The notes below the pieces were generated by a model. The model worked only from the letters and a program-made list of their open reading frames with translations. It did no database searches and was not told the DNA's origin. The position numbers and the translations under genes are program-made. This document shows positions 16,563 to 25,105 of a stretch of 35,205 bases of DNA, piece by piece; the stretch's first letter is position 1; the number at the start of each line of letters is the position of its first letter. The stretch is from Alkalispirochaeta sp. GTDB lineage: Bacteria; Spirochaetota; Spirochaetia; DSM-27196; Alkalispirochaetaceae. The DNA lies in contig JBAYPC010000001.1 in NCBI GenBank assembly GCA_041677905.1, forward strand, positions 1 through 35,205, read 5' to 3'.

Positions 16563-17576
16563 ATGAGGACTTTTCGTCGTGGATTTACAGTCGGCGTGTT
16601 ACTGTTGGGCGCAGTTATAACAGCGTGGGCAGCGGGTACACCGGAAGGCGGTTCGACCTCCGCCAAGACAGGCAACGTCATCGGGATTTCCAAGTTTGTC
16701 GCACATCCTGCCCTGGATGACATTGAACGGGGCATCATGGATGAACTCGCCGAACTTGGGCATACCGATCTTGAGTTCGATCTGCAGAACGCCAACGCCG
16801 ATATTTCAACAGCATCGAGCATCGCTACGAAGTTTCGGAATGACGGCGTGCGGTTGGCTATCGGCATTGCGACCCCGACGGCCCAGGCCCTGGTTGGAGC
16901 GATCGAGGACATACCCGTTGTGTTTGCCGCCGTCACCGATCCGGTTGCAGCCGGTCTCATTTCCTCGACCGAGTCAGGTGAGGGCAACGTTACCGGGTCC
17001 TCGGATATGACTCCCATTGAGGCACAGTTTGACCTGATGACGACACTGCTGGACGTTCAGACGGTGGGACACGTGTACGCAGGTGGTGAGTCCAATGCGG
17101 TATCCCTGAAAGACATGGCAAAAGGGGCTTCGGAAAAACGGGGGCTCGCCTTTGTGGAAGCCACCGTGGTGAACTCCAGTGAAGTACGTTCGGCAACGCA
17201 GTCCATTATCGACCGGGTGGACGTCATCTACGTCAGTAACGACAACACCGTGGTGAGTGCTCTTTCGGCTCTGATCGACGTCGCTACTGCTGCAGGGGTA
17301 CCGATTATCAGTGCCGACACCACCTCCGCCATGGACGGCGGCGTGCTTGCGGCTCTGGGGTTCAACTACTACAAATTCGGCCGCGCCACCGGGCGCCTGG
17401 TCTCCACCATTTTGAACGGTGCCGACCCGGCGGACGTACCCACCCTCTTTCTGACTGATCCAAGTGACCTTGACCTTCTGATCAACCTGGATGTGGCGGG
17501 GGATCTCGGTGTAACCGTGCCGGACAGCGTGCTGAACGACGCGTCAATCGTCATCGAAAATGGAGCGGTTCGCTGA
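16563..17576 (+). CDS. ABC transporter substrate-binding protein (aromatic amino acid / ABC_sub_bind type)
   Basis: Signal peptide; HPALD, IATPTAQA, PVVFAAVTDP, NVTGSSD and DNTV motifs; SD AAAGGAGG. Confidence 0.88.
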   Translation: MRTFRRGFTVGVLLLGAVITAWAAGTPEGGSTSAKTGNVIGISKFVAHPALDDIERGIMDELAELGHTDLEFDLQNANADISTASSIATKFRNDGVRLAIGIATPTAQALVGAIEDIPVVFAAVTDPVAAGLISSTESGEGNVTGSSDMTPIEAQFDLMTTLLDVQTVGHVYAGGESNAVSLKDMAKGASEKRGLAFVEATVVNSSEVRSATQSIIDRVDVIYVSNDNTVVSALSALIDVATAAGVPIISADTTSAMDGGVLAALGFNYYKFGRATGRLVSTILNGADPADVPTLFLTDPSDLDLLINLDVAGDLGVTVPDSVLNDASIVIENGAVR

Positions 17577-17584
17577 CCTGGGCC

Positions 17585-17635
17585 ATGGTAATCTGACAAA
17601 TGGTAATCTGACAAATGGTTATCTGACGAATGGTT
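17585..17635 (+). repeat. 15-bp tandem repeat (3 units plus a partial one) whose last partial unit is the permease start
   Basis: atggtaatctgacaa atggtaatctgacaa atggttatctgacga atggtt. Confidence 0.9.
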
Positions 17636-18574
17636 GAAGCGATCCTCGTCGAGGGCCTGCTCTACGGCATCATGGCCCTCGGCGTTTTCATAACATTTCG
17701 TATTCTCGATTTTCCGGACCTCTCCGTCGACGGAACGTTTCCCCTTGGTGCGGTCATCATGGCGGTATCCATCGTCAACGGAGTTCCCCTGGCCCTGGCC
17801 CTCCTTCTTGCCTTTGCAGGAGGGACCGCCGCCGGTGCGGTCACCGCGACCATTCACAACAAACTGGGAGTACCCAACTTACTGGCCGGTATTCTGACCA
17901 TGACGATGCTCTGGTCGGTGAATATCCGTATTTTGGGAAACCGGGCCAATCTGTCCCTCCTCCGGAATGAGACTATACTCAGTGCGGTTACCGAACGGCT
18001 GGAGATGGTGATGCCCCGTCAATGGGCGGTCTTTCTCTTTTTCGTTGCCGTCGGGCTGGGTGTCAAGTTCCTGTTGGATCTCTTTTTCCACACCGATATG
18101 GGGCTCACCCTGGGGGCTATGGGGGACAACCAGCAGATGGTAGTGAGCCAGGGGGTGAATCCCGAATGGATGAAAGTCATCGGAGTCGGCCTTTCCAACG
18201 GCCTTGTCGCCGTATCCGGCGCATTTGCCGCCCAGTTTCAGGGTTTTGCCGACGTGAACATGGGTCAGGGAATCGTCGTTTCCGGTCTGGCGTCGGTTAT
18301 GATCGGTGAATTTTTGCTTCGGTCAAACAAAATCGGCGTGCTCACCTTTCGGGTTTTGCTTGGTTCTATCGTCTATCGGGGCATCATGTACCTCGGCCGT
18401 TATTACGGCTACCACATCAATCTCACTCCAAATGATCTGCGCCTTTTGACGGGCCTTCTCATTGTAGGGTCTTTGATCGTCAGCCGCTATCGCAGCGACC
18501 GGGGCGAATCGGCCCGTCTGCGAAAGAGCATACGTGCCGCACGACAGGAACGGCGCGCAAAGGACACCGGATGA
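17630..18574 (+). CDS. ABC transporter permease (branched-chain/sugar-type fold)
   Basis: GVFITFRILDFPDLSVDGTFPLG, LLAGIL and QGFADVNMG motifs; multiple TM segments. Confidence 0.9.
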   Translation: MVEAILVEGLLYGIMALGVFITFRILDFPDLSVDGTFPLGAVIMAVSIVNGVPLALALLLAFAGGTAAGAVTATIHNKLGVPNLLAGILTMTMLWSVNIRILGNRANLSLLRNETILSAVTERLEMVMPRQWAVFLFFVAVGLGVKFLLDLFFHTDMGLTLGAMGDNQQMVVSQGVNPEWMKVIGVGLSNGLVAVSGAFAAQFQGFADVNMGQGIVVSGLASVMIGEFLLRSNKIGVLTFRVLLGSIVYRGIMYLGRYYGYHINLTPNDLRLLTGLLIVGSLIVSRYRSDRGESARLRKSIRAARQERRAKDTG

Positions 18575-19362
18575 TTCAGTTGGACAGTGTATCAAAGACC
18601 TTTCATCCAGGAACGGTCAACGAGGTCCAGGCTCTTCAACCGGTGAATCTGCGGGTCAGCCAAGGTGATTTTATTACGGTGATAGGCAGCAATGGTGCGG
18701 GGAAAAGCACGCTTTTTAACCTGATAGCCGGGACATACCCTCCCAGTACGGGGTCCATCGAAATTAACGATATCGATGTCACCAAACAGCCCGAATACCG
18801 TCGAGCCCGTCACATCGGTCGGATATTTCAAGACCCCATGCTGGGGACTGCAGGCAACATGAAGTTGGAAGACAACATGATGGTAGCCTACCGCAAGGGG
18901 TTTAAAGGCTTGAGGATAAGTCTGAATCGGGCAATGCGTGAGCAGTTCCGGAGCGGTCTGGTTGACCTGGGAATGGGGCTGGAAAACCGAATGAAGGACA
19001 ACGTCCGGCTTCTGTCCGGGGGACAGCGACAGGCTTTGACCTTGCTCATGATGGTAATCTCTAAACCCACGCTTGTTCTTTTGGATGAACACACGGCTGC
19101 ACTGGATCCGCAAAATGCATCGATTGTACTGGAACTGACCCAACGGTATGTGGATGAATACGGGCTGACCGCCATGATGATCACCCATAACATGCAGCAC
19201 GCCATTGACTACGGAAACCGGTTACTCATGATGGACAAGGGTGAGGTAATTCTCGATATGTCCGGTCCTGAGAAATCAAGGTTGACCGTTGGTGGTCTGG
19301 TTGACCGTTTTCACCGTATACGACGTCGCGACCTCGAAAGTGACAAAGCCCGGCTTTCCTGA
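18571..19362 (+). CDS. ABC transporter ATP-binding protein
   Basis: GSNGAGKST, LSGGQRQ, LLDEHTAALDP and ITHNM motifs; ATGA overlap with the permease. Confidence 0.92.
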   Translation: MIQLDSVSKTFHPGTVNEVQALQPVNLRVSQGDFITVIGSNGAGKSTLFNLIAGTYPPSTGSIEINDIDVTKQPEYRRARHIGRIFQDPMLGTAGNMKLEDNMMVAYRKGFKGLRISLNRAMREQFRSGLVDLGMGLENRMKDNVRLLSGGQRQALTLLMMVISKPTLVLLDEHTAALDPQNASIVLELTQRYVDEYGLTAMMITHNMQHAIDYGNRLLMMDKGEVILDMSGPEKSRLTVGGLVDRFHRIRRRDLESDKARLS

Positions 19363-19424
19363 TTATTTTTGTGTGCCTTATGCAGAAATTACCGTATATT
19401 TATGCAATCGCGGTGGAGTAGTCC

Positions 19425-19454
19425 TTGCACGAACGGTAAAGACTGTTCCATAAT
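19425..19454 (+). promoter_or_regulatory. Putative sigma70 promoter of the liv operon
   Basis: TTGCAC (19425-19430), 18 bp, CATAAT (19449-19454); strong SD GAGGAG before ATG 19481. Confidence 0.5.
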
Positions 19455-19480
19455 GCCGGATATTTGTAAGGAGGAGTGGT

Positions 19481-20605
19481 ATGCGAAACAAAATCGTTGT
19501 GGTTTTTCTTGCGTTTGCGCTGGTCGCGTCATTGGTAGGCGCATCCGGCCAGAGTGAAAGTGGACCGATTAAAATCGGGGTGGCTGGAGCACATAGCGGC
19601 GACCTGGCCTCGTATGGTCTGCCCACGGCAAACGCCGCCCAGCTGGTTGCTGAGAAGGTAAATGCCGAAGGCGGCATCCTGGGGCGGCAGATTCAGTTGG
19701 TTGTTGAGGACGACCAGTGTGACCCCGGTATTGCCACAAATATAGCGGCCAAGATGGTTGGTGAAAAAGTAGTCGCCGTCATCGGGCATATCTGTTCCGG
19801 CGCAACTCGGTCGGCTCTCAGCATTTATACCGGTGAGAACATCGTGGCAATTTCGCCGTCGGCAACTACTCCCGAACTCACCCAGAGTGGGGAGTTTCCC
19901 CTCTTCTTCCGGACGATCGCACCCGATGACGCCCAGGGTCAAATACAGGCGAAGTTTGTAGTCGAAACGCTTGGGGTGAAGCGAGTGGCCATTCTTCACG
20001 ACAATGGTGACTACGGGCAGGGACTTGCCGAATTCGCCCAGGCCGCTATTGAAGCCGGCTACCCCGACGTTAAAGTCGTCCTCATGGAAGGTGTCACCGT
20101 TGGTGCCGTAGACTACAGCGCTATCGTGAACCGGGTCGGTTCCTCCGGTGCCGAAGTGGTGATTTTCGGCGGCTACCACCCGGAAGCGTCCAAGCTGGTC
20201 GGGCAGATGCGTACTCAGGGAATCAACATTCCCTTCATCTCCGGTGACGGGATCAAAGACGAATCGTTTATCGACGTAGCGGGTAAAGCGTCCGAGGGCG
20301 TGTACGCCACCGGTCCCATGGACACTACGGGTAACCCCATTGCAGAGGAAGCCCGGAAGGCCCATCTTGCCAAGTACGGTGAAGAGCCCGGTCCGTTTTT
20401 CATGAACGGCTACACCGCCGCTCTGGCGATCGTCAACGCCATCGAAGCCGCCGGTTCGACCGATACTGACGCAATCGTAAAGGCCCTGCGAAGCAAGTAC
20501 GTGGAGACCCCCATGGGCTCTATCCGCTTCGACGATGCCGGTGACGCTATTGGTGTCGGTTTTGCGATTTATCAGGTTCAGAACGGCGTTTACGTCGAAC
20601 TCTGA
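19481..20605 (+). CDS. Branched-chain amino acid ABC transporter substrate-binding protein (LivJ/LivK family)
   Basis: IKIGVAG..SG, NAEGGILG, DDQCDP, VIGHICSG, FFRT..DDAQG and YGQGLA motifs. Confidence 0.93.
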   Translation: MRNKIVVVFLAFALVASLVGASGQSESGPIKIGVAGAHSGDLASYGLPTANAAQLVAEKVNAEGGILGRQIQLVVEDDQCDPGIATNIAAKMVGEKVVAVIGHICSGATRSALSIYTGENIVAISPSATTPELTQSGEFPLFFRTIAPDDAQGQIQAKFVVETLGVKRVAILHDNGDYGQGLAEFAQAAIEAGYPDVKVVLMEGVTVGAVDYSAIVNRVGSSGAEVVIFGGYHPEASKLVGQMRTQGINIPFISGDGIKDESFIDVAGKASEGVYATGPMDTTGNPIAEEARKAHLAKYGEEPGPFFMNGYTAALAIVNAIEAAGSTDTDAIVKALRSKYVETPMGSIRFDDAGDAIGVGFAIYQVQNGVYVEL

Positions 20606-20623
20606 TCAACGTAGACAACAGGA

Positions 20624-20656
20624 CGTACAGGCGGACGGATTCTGTCCGCCTGTACG
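20624..20656 (+). other. Strong intercistronic hairpin between the Liv binding-protein gene and livH
   Basis: Perfect 13-bp inverted repeat cgtacaggcggac ... gtccgcctgtacg with no U-tract. Confidence 0.8.
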
Positions 20657-20675
20657 AATCCGGCGGTAACAAAGT

Positions 20676-21584
20676 ATGGACACAGACTATTTTCTGAAGC
20701 TGTTTTTCAGCGGTCTTACCAGGGGCAGCATTTATGCGCTGTTGGCACTCGGTTACACCATGGTGTACGGCATCATCAAGCTGATCAACTTTGCCCACGG
20801 TGAAATCTACATGATTGGAGCGTTTATCGCCCTCATCATGTCCGGGGTATTCACCATCTGGGGATTACCGGCGCCGGCAATCCTGGTGCTGGCCAGTCTT
20901 GTGGCGTTGGTCTACTCATCCGCCTACGGTTACACCGTAGAGAAACTGGCGTATAAACCGCTGCGACGAGCACCGAGGCTTTCGGTTCTTATCGGAGCGA
21001 TCGGAATGTCACTGTTTCTTCAGAACTACGTACTCCTGGCACAGACGTCCAATTTCCTGCCCTTCCCCCAGATGTTGCCGGAATTCCCCATACCTGCCGC
21101 TCTGGCAGGAACGGTAACGTCGGCTCAGATGATTATCTTTATCACAACCACGGTGGTTATGGTCATCTTGACGGTCCTCATAAAGTTCACCCGGATGGGT
21201 AAGTCCATGCGGGCAACCAGTCAGGACCGTACTATGGCCACTCTGGTTGGGATCAACGTCAATCGTGTCATCAGCTGGACGTTTCTGATCGGGAGTTTCA
21301 CAGCCGCTTTGGGAGGTATTCTGATCAGTTCTTTTATCGGCCAGATCAACTTCTACATCGGCTTCGTAGCGGGGATAAAAGCTTTTGTCGCCGCGGTGCT
21401 TGGTGGAATTGGAAGCATTCCCGGGGCGGTGCTGGGCAGTCTGGTATTGGGAATGGCAGAATCCTATGCGGCAGGGTATATATCCAGTGTTTACGAAGAC
21501 GTATTTGCCTTCCTTATTCTGGTGTTGATTCTGATTTTCAAACCGTCAGGGCTTCTGGGCAAGCCTGAAGTACAAAAGGTATAG
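20676..21584 (+). CDS. livH: Branched-chain amino acid ABC transporter permease
   Basis: GSIYALLALGYTMVYGIIKLINFAHGE and KAFVAAVLGGIGSIPGA motifs. Confidence 0.93.
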   Translation: MDTDYFLKLFFSGLTRGSIYALLALGYTMVYGIIKLINFAHGEIYMIGAFIALIMSGVFTIWGLPAPAILVLASLVALVYSSAYGYTVEKLAYKPLRRAPRLSVLIGAIGMSLFLQNYVLLAQTSNFLPFPQMLPEFPIPAALAGTVTSAQMIIFITTTVVMVILTVLIKFTRMGKSMRATSQDRTMATLVGINVNRVISWTFLIGSFTAALGGILISSFIGQINFYIGFVAGIKAFVAAVLGGIGSIPGAVLGSLVLGMAESYAAGYISSVYEDVFAFLILVLILIFKPSGLLGKPEVQKV

Positions 21585-21595
21585 GGAGCCGTCGG

Positions 21596-22840
21596 ATGAA
21601 GCGCAATGAAATTCTCAAGATGGCAGGTATTGCTCTCTGGTTCGTCTTTCTCACCTTTCCAATAATGGTCATTAAGGTGCGGGTCACCGACCAGGTCATC
21701 GTCTGGCGTTGGCACAACATGTTCTATATCGGATTCGGGACGTTTTTTGGTGGTCTGTTGTGGCGCTTTGCCCTGTTACGGCGAAAAGCAACCCGTAAAG
21801 GGGCGGCCTCAAAGGTCCTTGGCTACGTCGAAAAAACAGGTTTACCCGTCCTGTTCAGGACAGTCCGGACAAAAATAACCGAACGGCGAAACCGCCGGTT
21901 TCTTTACGTGGCACTGATGGTTTTTGTCATCGTGTATCCCCTGGTGTTCTCCCTCTACCAGACCAATATCATGACTTCCGCCCTGATTTACGTCGTCCTG
22001 GCGCTGGGGTTGAATATCGTTATCGGACTGGGCGGGATGCTGCATCTGGGGTATATCGCATTTTATGCGGTCGGTGCGTATACCTACGGCATTCTCTACA
22101 GGTCGTTCGGTATCGGCTTCTGGGTCGCTTTGCCGATCGGTGCGGTACTTGCCACATTGGTGGGTGTGCTTCTTGCCCTCCCGGTCCTCAGACTACGGGG
22201 GGACTACCTCGCTATCGTCACCCTTGGATTTGCAGAAATAGTCCGTATTGTTCTGAACAACTCCGGTTCCGTCACCGGCGGACCTCAGGGGATCGGTGGA
22301 ATACCGCGGCCCGGGTTTTTTGGTATTGAAATGCGGCTGGCTGCCGCCACGACGTACACCTATTACATTATAGTTGCGGCGGTCCTGCTGACCATATTTG
22401 TCGTCTGGCGGTTTGAAAACTCCCGGTTGGGCCGGGCACTGGTGGCTATGGGGGAGGACGACATAGCCGCAGAGGCGATGGGTATCGATCTCACCAAGAC
22501 AAAGGTGATCGCCTTCGCCCTCGGTTCCCTCTGGGCCGGGATCGGTGGCGTTATTTTTGCGTCCCGGACTACATTTATCAATCCAGGCAGTTTTACCATC
22601 TGGCAATCGGTCATCGTTCTATCGTGTGTGGTCTTAGGTGGAATGGGGTCGATTCCGGGGGCTATCGTCGGTGCTTTGGGGCTTATTCTGCTGCCGGAGT
22701 ACCTGCGGGCCTTTTCAGATTACCGGATGCTGATGTTTGGTGCAATTCTGGTCATCATGATGGTGTTCAGGCCCGGCGGCTTGATTCAGAAAAAGAGAAA
22801 AGCCTACACCTTCCCGACTGAAGAAGAGGCGTTGTCGTGA
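21596..22840 (+). CDS. livM: Branched-chain amino acid ABC transporter permease
   Basis: LGLNIVIG..G.L.LGY.AFYAVGAY, LRLRGDYLAIVTLGFAEI and VVLGGMGS motifs. Confidence 0.93.
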   Translation: MKRNEILKMAGIALWFVFLTFPIMVIKVRVTDQVIVWRWHNMFYIGFGTFFGGLLWRFALLRRKATRKGAASKVLGYVEKTGLPVLFRTVRTKITERRNRRFLYVALMVFVIVYPLVFSLYQTNIMTSALIYVVLALGLNIVIGLGGMLHLGYIAFYAVGAYTYGILYRSFGIGFWVALPIGAVLATLVGVLLALPVLRLRGDYLAIVTLGFAEIVRIVLNNSGSVTGGPQGIGGIPRPGFFGIEMRLAAATTYTYYIIVAAVLLTIFVVWRFENSRLGRALVAMGEDDIAAEAMGIDLTKTKVIAFALGSLWAGIGGVIFASRTTFINPGSFTIWQSVIVLSCVVLGGMGSIPGAIVGALGLILLPEYLRAFSDYRMLMFGAILVIMMVFRPGGLIQKKRKAYTFPTEEEALS

Positions 22841-23628
22841 GCGAAACTATCCTCTCAACAGCAGAAATGACCATGGATTTTGGTGGATTGCGGGCGGTTA
22901 ACGGCGTGTCCGTCGAAATGAACAACCACGAGATTATCGCACTCATCGGACCTAACGGCGCCGGGAAGACCACCTTTTTTAACTGCGTGACCGGTGTCTA
23001 CACCCCTACCCGCGGTGATATCCACATCACCCCGCCCGGCGGGACTACCGTTTCCATCAAAGGACTCAAACCAAACAAGATCACTGAAAAGGGTCTGGCC
23101 CGGACGTTTCAGAACATCCGGCTCTTCAGCAATATGACCGTCCTGGAAAATGTCATGATCGGTCGTCATATCAGGTTGAAGGCGGGTATTTTCGGCGCCA
23201 TTTTTCGGGACAAAGGGACACGGGAAGAAGAACAAAGGGTCATTTATGACAGTTACGAAATCCTGAAACGTCTTGGACTGGCCCGATACGTCAACGATCT
23301 GGCGCGGAACCTTCCCTATGGTGCCCAGCGGAGGCTTGAAATCGCCCGTGCCCTGGCAACTGAACCTTTTTTGCTTCTCCTGGATGAACCGGCGGCCGGT
23401 ATGAACCCCCAGGAGACGAAAGAACTGGAAGGACTGATCAAAAAGATTCGGGACACCGAAAATGTATCGATCTTTCTGATTGAGCACGATATGAGTCTGG
23501 TAATGTCACTGTCCGAGCGGATATACGTCATGGATTACGGGAGGCTGATTGCCGAGGGAACACCGGCGGAAGTGAAGAACAATCCTGAGGTTATTAAGGC
23601 CTATCTCGGGGAGGAAGCAATTGCTTGA
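22837..23628 (+). CDS. livG: Branched-chain amino acid ABC transporter ATP-binding protein
   Basis: GPNGAGKTT, ARTFQNIRLF, LPYGAQRRLEIARAL and LIEHDM motifs; GTGA overlap. Confidence 0.93.
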   Translation: MSETILSTAEMTMDFGGLRAVNGVSVEMNNHEIIALIGPNGAGKTTFFNCVTGVYTPTRGDIHITPPGGTTVSIKGLKPNKITEKGLARTFQNIRLFSNMTVLENVMIGRHIRLKAGIFGAIFRDKGTREEEQRVIYDSYEILKRLGLARYVNDLARNLPYGAQRRLEIARALATEPFLLLLDEPAAGMNPQETKELEGLIKKIRDTENVSIFLIEHDMSLVMSLSERIYVMDYGRLIAEGTPAEVKNNPEVIKAYLGEEAIA

Positions 23629-24328
23629 GCTTAAATCCGTCCGGACGTACTACGGAAATATCCAGGCGCTGAAGGGAATCGATCTGGTGGTGCACCGTGG
23701 TGAGATCATCACCCTTATCGGTGCCAACGGAGCGGGAAAGTCCACCACCCTGATGTCTGTTTCAGGAATTGTACCGCCGAGAAGCGGCGAAATACTCCTC
23801 GATGGGGAGTCTGTTGTCGGGATGAATCCAGACCGTATCGTCTCATTGGGCATCTCCCAGGTACCCGAAGGCCGCCATATCTTTCCCCATCTCACGGTGC
23901 GGGAAAACCTCGATCTGGGAGCGCTGCTTCGCAGTGATCGGGCCGGTATCCGGCAAGATATCGAATACGTCTTTGACCTGTTTCCCATTCTTGCGGAACG
24001 CCGCAGACAGGCGGGAGGCACCCTTTCGGGGGGCGAACAGCAGATGCTGGCGATTTCTCGCGCTATTATGGCGCGGCCGCAGCTGCTGCTCCTTGACGAA
24101 CCGAGCCTGGGTTTGGCGCCGCTGATCGTTCAGCAGATTTTTGAGATAATCTCACAGATCAACAGCGAAAACGGAACTACAATTTTTCTGGTAGAACAGA
24201 ACGCCAATCAGGCGCTAAAAGTAGCCCACCGCGGTTACGTCATGGAAAACGGCCGCATTACACTGGCTGATACGGCGGAGAGACTTCTCAGTAACGAGGA
24301 TGTGAAAAACGCGTATCTCGGCGTTTGA
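23621..24328 (+). CDS. livF: Branched-chain amino acid ABC transporter ATP-binding protein
   Basis: GANGAGKST, VPEGR, LSGGEQQML, LDEPSLGLAP and LVEQN motifs; TTG start with SD GGAGG. Confidence 0.93.
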   Translation: MLELKSVRTYYGNIQALKGIDLVVHRGEIITLIGANGAGKSTTLMSVSGIVPPRSGEILLDGESVVGMNPDRIVSLGISQVPEGRHIFPHLTVRENLDLGALLRSDRAGIRQDIEYVFDLFPILAERRRQAGGTLSGGEQQMLAISRAIMARPQLLLLDEPSLGLAPLIVQQIFEIISQINSENGTTIFLVEQNANQALKVAHRGYVMENGRITLADTAERLLSNEDVKNAYLGV

Positions 24329-24353
24329 AAAGCGTGTCCGATGAGCGTATAGT
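24325..24353 (+). promoter_or_regulatory. Putative sigma70 promoter for the CBS-ACT gene
   Basis: TTGAAA (overlapping the livF stop), 17 bp, TATAGT. Confidence 0.55.
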
Positions 24354-24383
24354 ATTTTGTAGAGTCGTTTAAGGAGGGGGAAT

Positions 24384-25034
24384 ATGCTGTTGCACAAGAT
24401 CATGAGCGAGAACCTTTTTACCGTGTATCCTCACACTGTTGTAACCGATGCCCAAGATTTGATGCGGCGGGAACATATCCACCATTTGCCGGTAATAGAC
24501 GAACACACCAAGAAAATCGTCGGCATTGTCAGCGAAAAAGATCTGATATACGCGTCACCCTCACCGGCGTCTACCCTGGATGTCTATGAAATGACCCGGC
24601 TGCTCTCCAAACTTACCGTCAAGAAAGTCATGACCAAAGACGCGTTGACCGCCGGGCGGAATGATCTGGTGGAGGACGCCGCCCGCAGGATGGTGGACAA
24701 CCACATCAGCTGTCTCCCCGTAGTAGACGAAAAGGGTTATCCCGTCGGCATCGTAACGCAGACCGACATATTCCGGCTGTTTATCGATCTGTTCGGCACC
24801 AGGGATAAGGGTATTCGTGCAACTCTCCGCATTCCTGAGACGCAAGGTGAACTGGCCAGACTTGCGACAGATATAACCAATAATCAGGGGAACATCATCT
24901 CAATTGGTACGTTACCGGGTGACAGCCCTACCAACGCCGTCTGTATCGTCAAAGTATCGGGGATGTCCAAAGAGCAGTTTGTTACCGCCGTAGAAAAGCA
25001 TATACTTGAAGTTATTGATTTGAGGGAAGTATAG
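24384..25034 (+). CDS. CBS-pair plus ACT domain protein (AcuB-like)
   Basis: Two CBS repeats (IHHLPVID..VGIVSEKD; ISCLPVVD..VGIVTQTD), SPASTLDVYE, and a C-terminal ACT-like G.LA.L....GNIIS. Confidence 0.85.
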   Translation: MLLHKIMSENLFTVYPHTVVTDAQDLMRREHIHHLPVIDEHTKKIVGIVSEKDLIYASPSPASTLDVYEMTRLLSKLTVKKVMTKDALTAGRNDLVEDAARRMVDNHISCLPVVDEKGYPVGIVTQTDIFRLFIDLFGTRDKGIRATLRIPETQGELARLATDITNNQGNIISIGTLPGDSPTNAVCIVKVSGMSKEQFVTAVEKHILEVIDLREV

Positions 25035-25105
25035 GACTGAAGTATTTGGAATTCTAACAATTACGCTTGGCATTTTGCCAAAGACTGGGTAACTTGAAGG
25101 TAATT

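Noticed and set aside
17585-17635. Possible CRISPR array
   Set aside because: The units are 15 bp, contiguous, have no spacers, and there are no cas genes.
19529-20365. 278-aa minus-strand ORF
   Set aside because: Antisense to the Liv binding-protein gene; no independent support.
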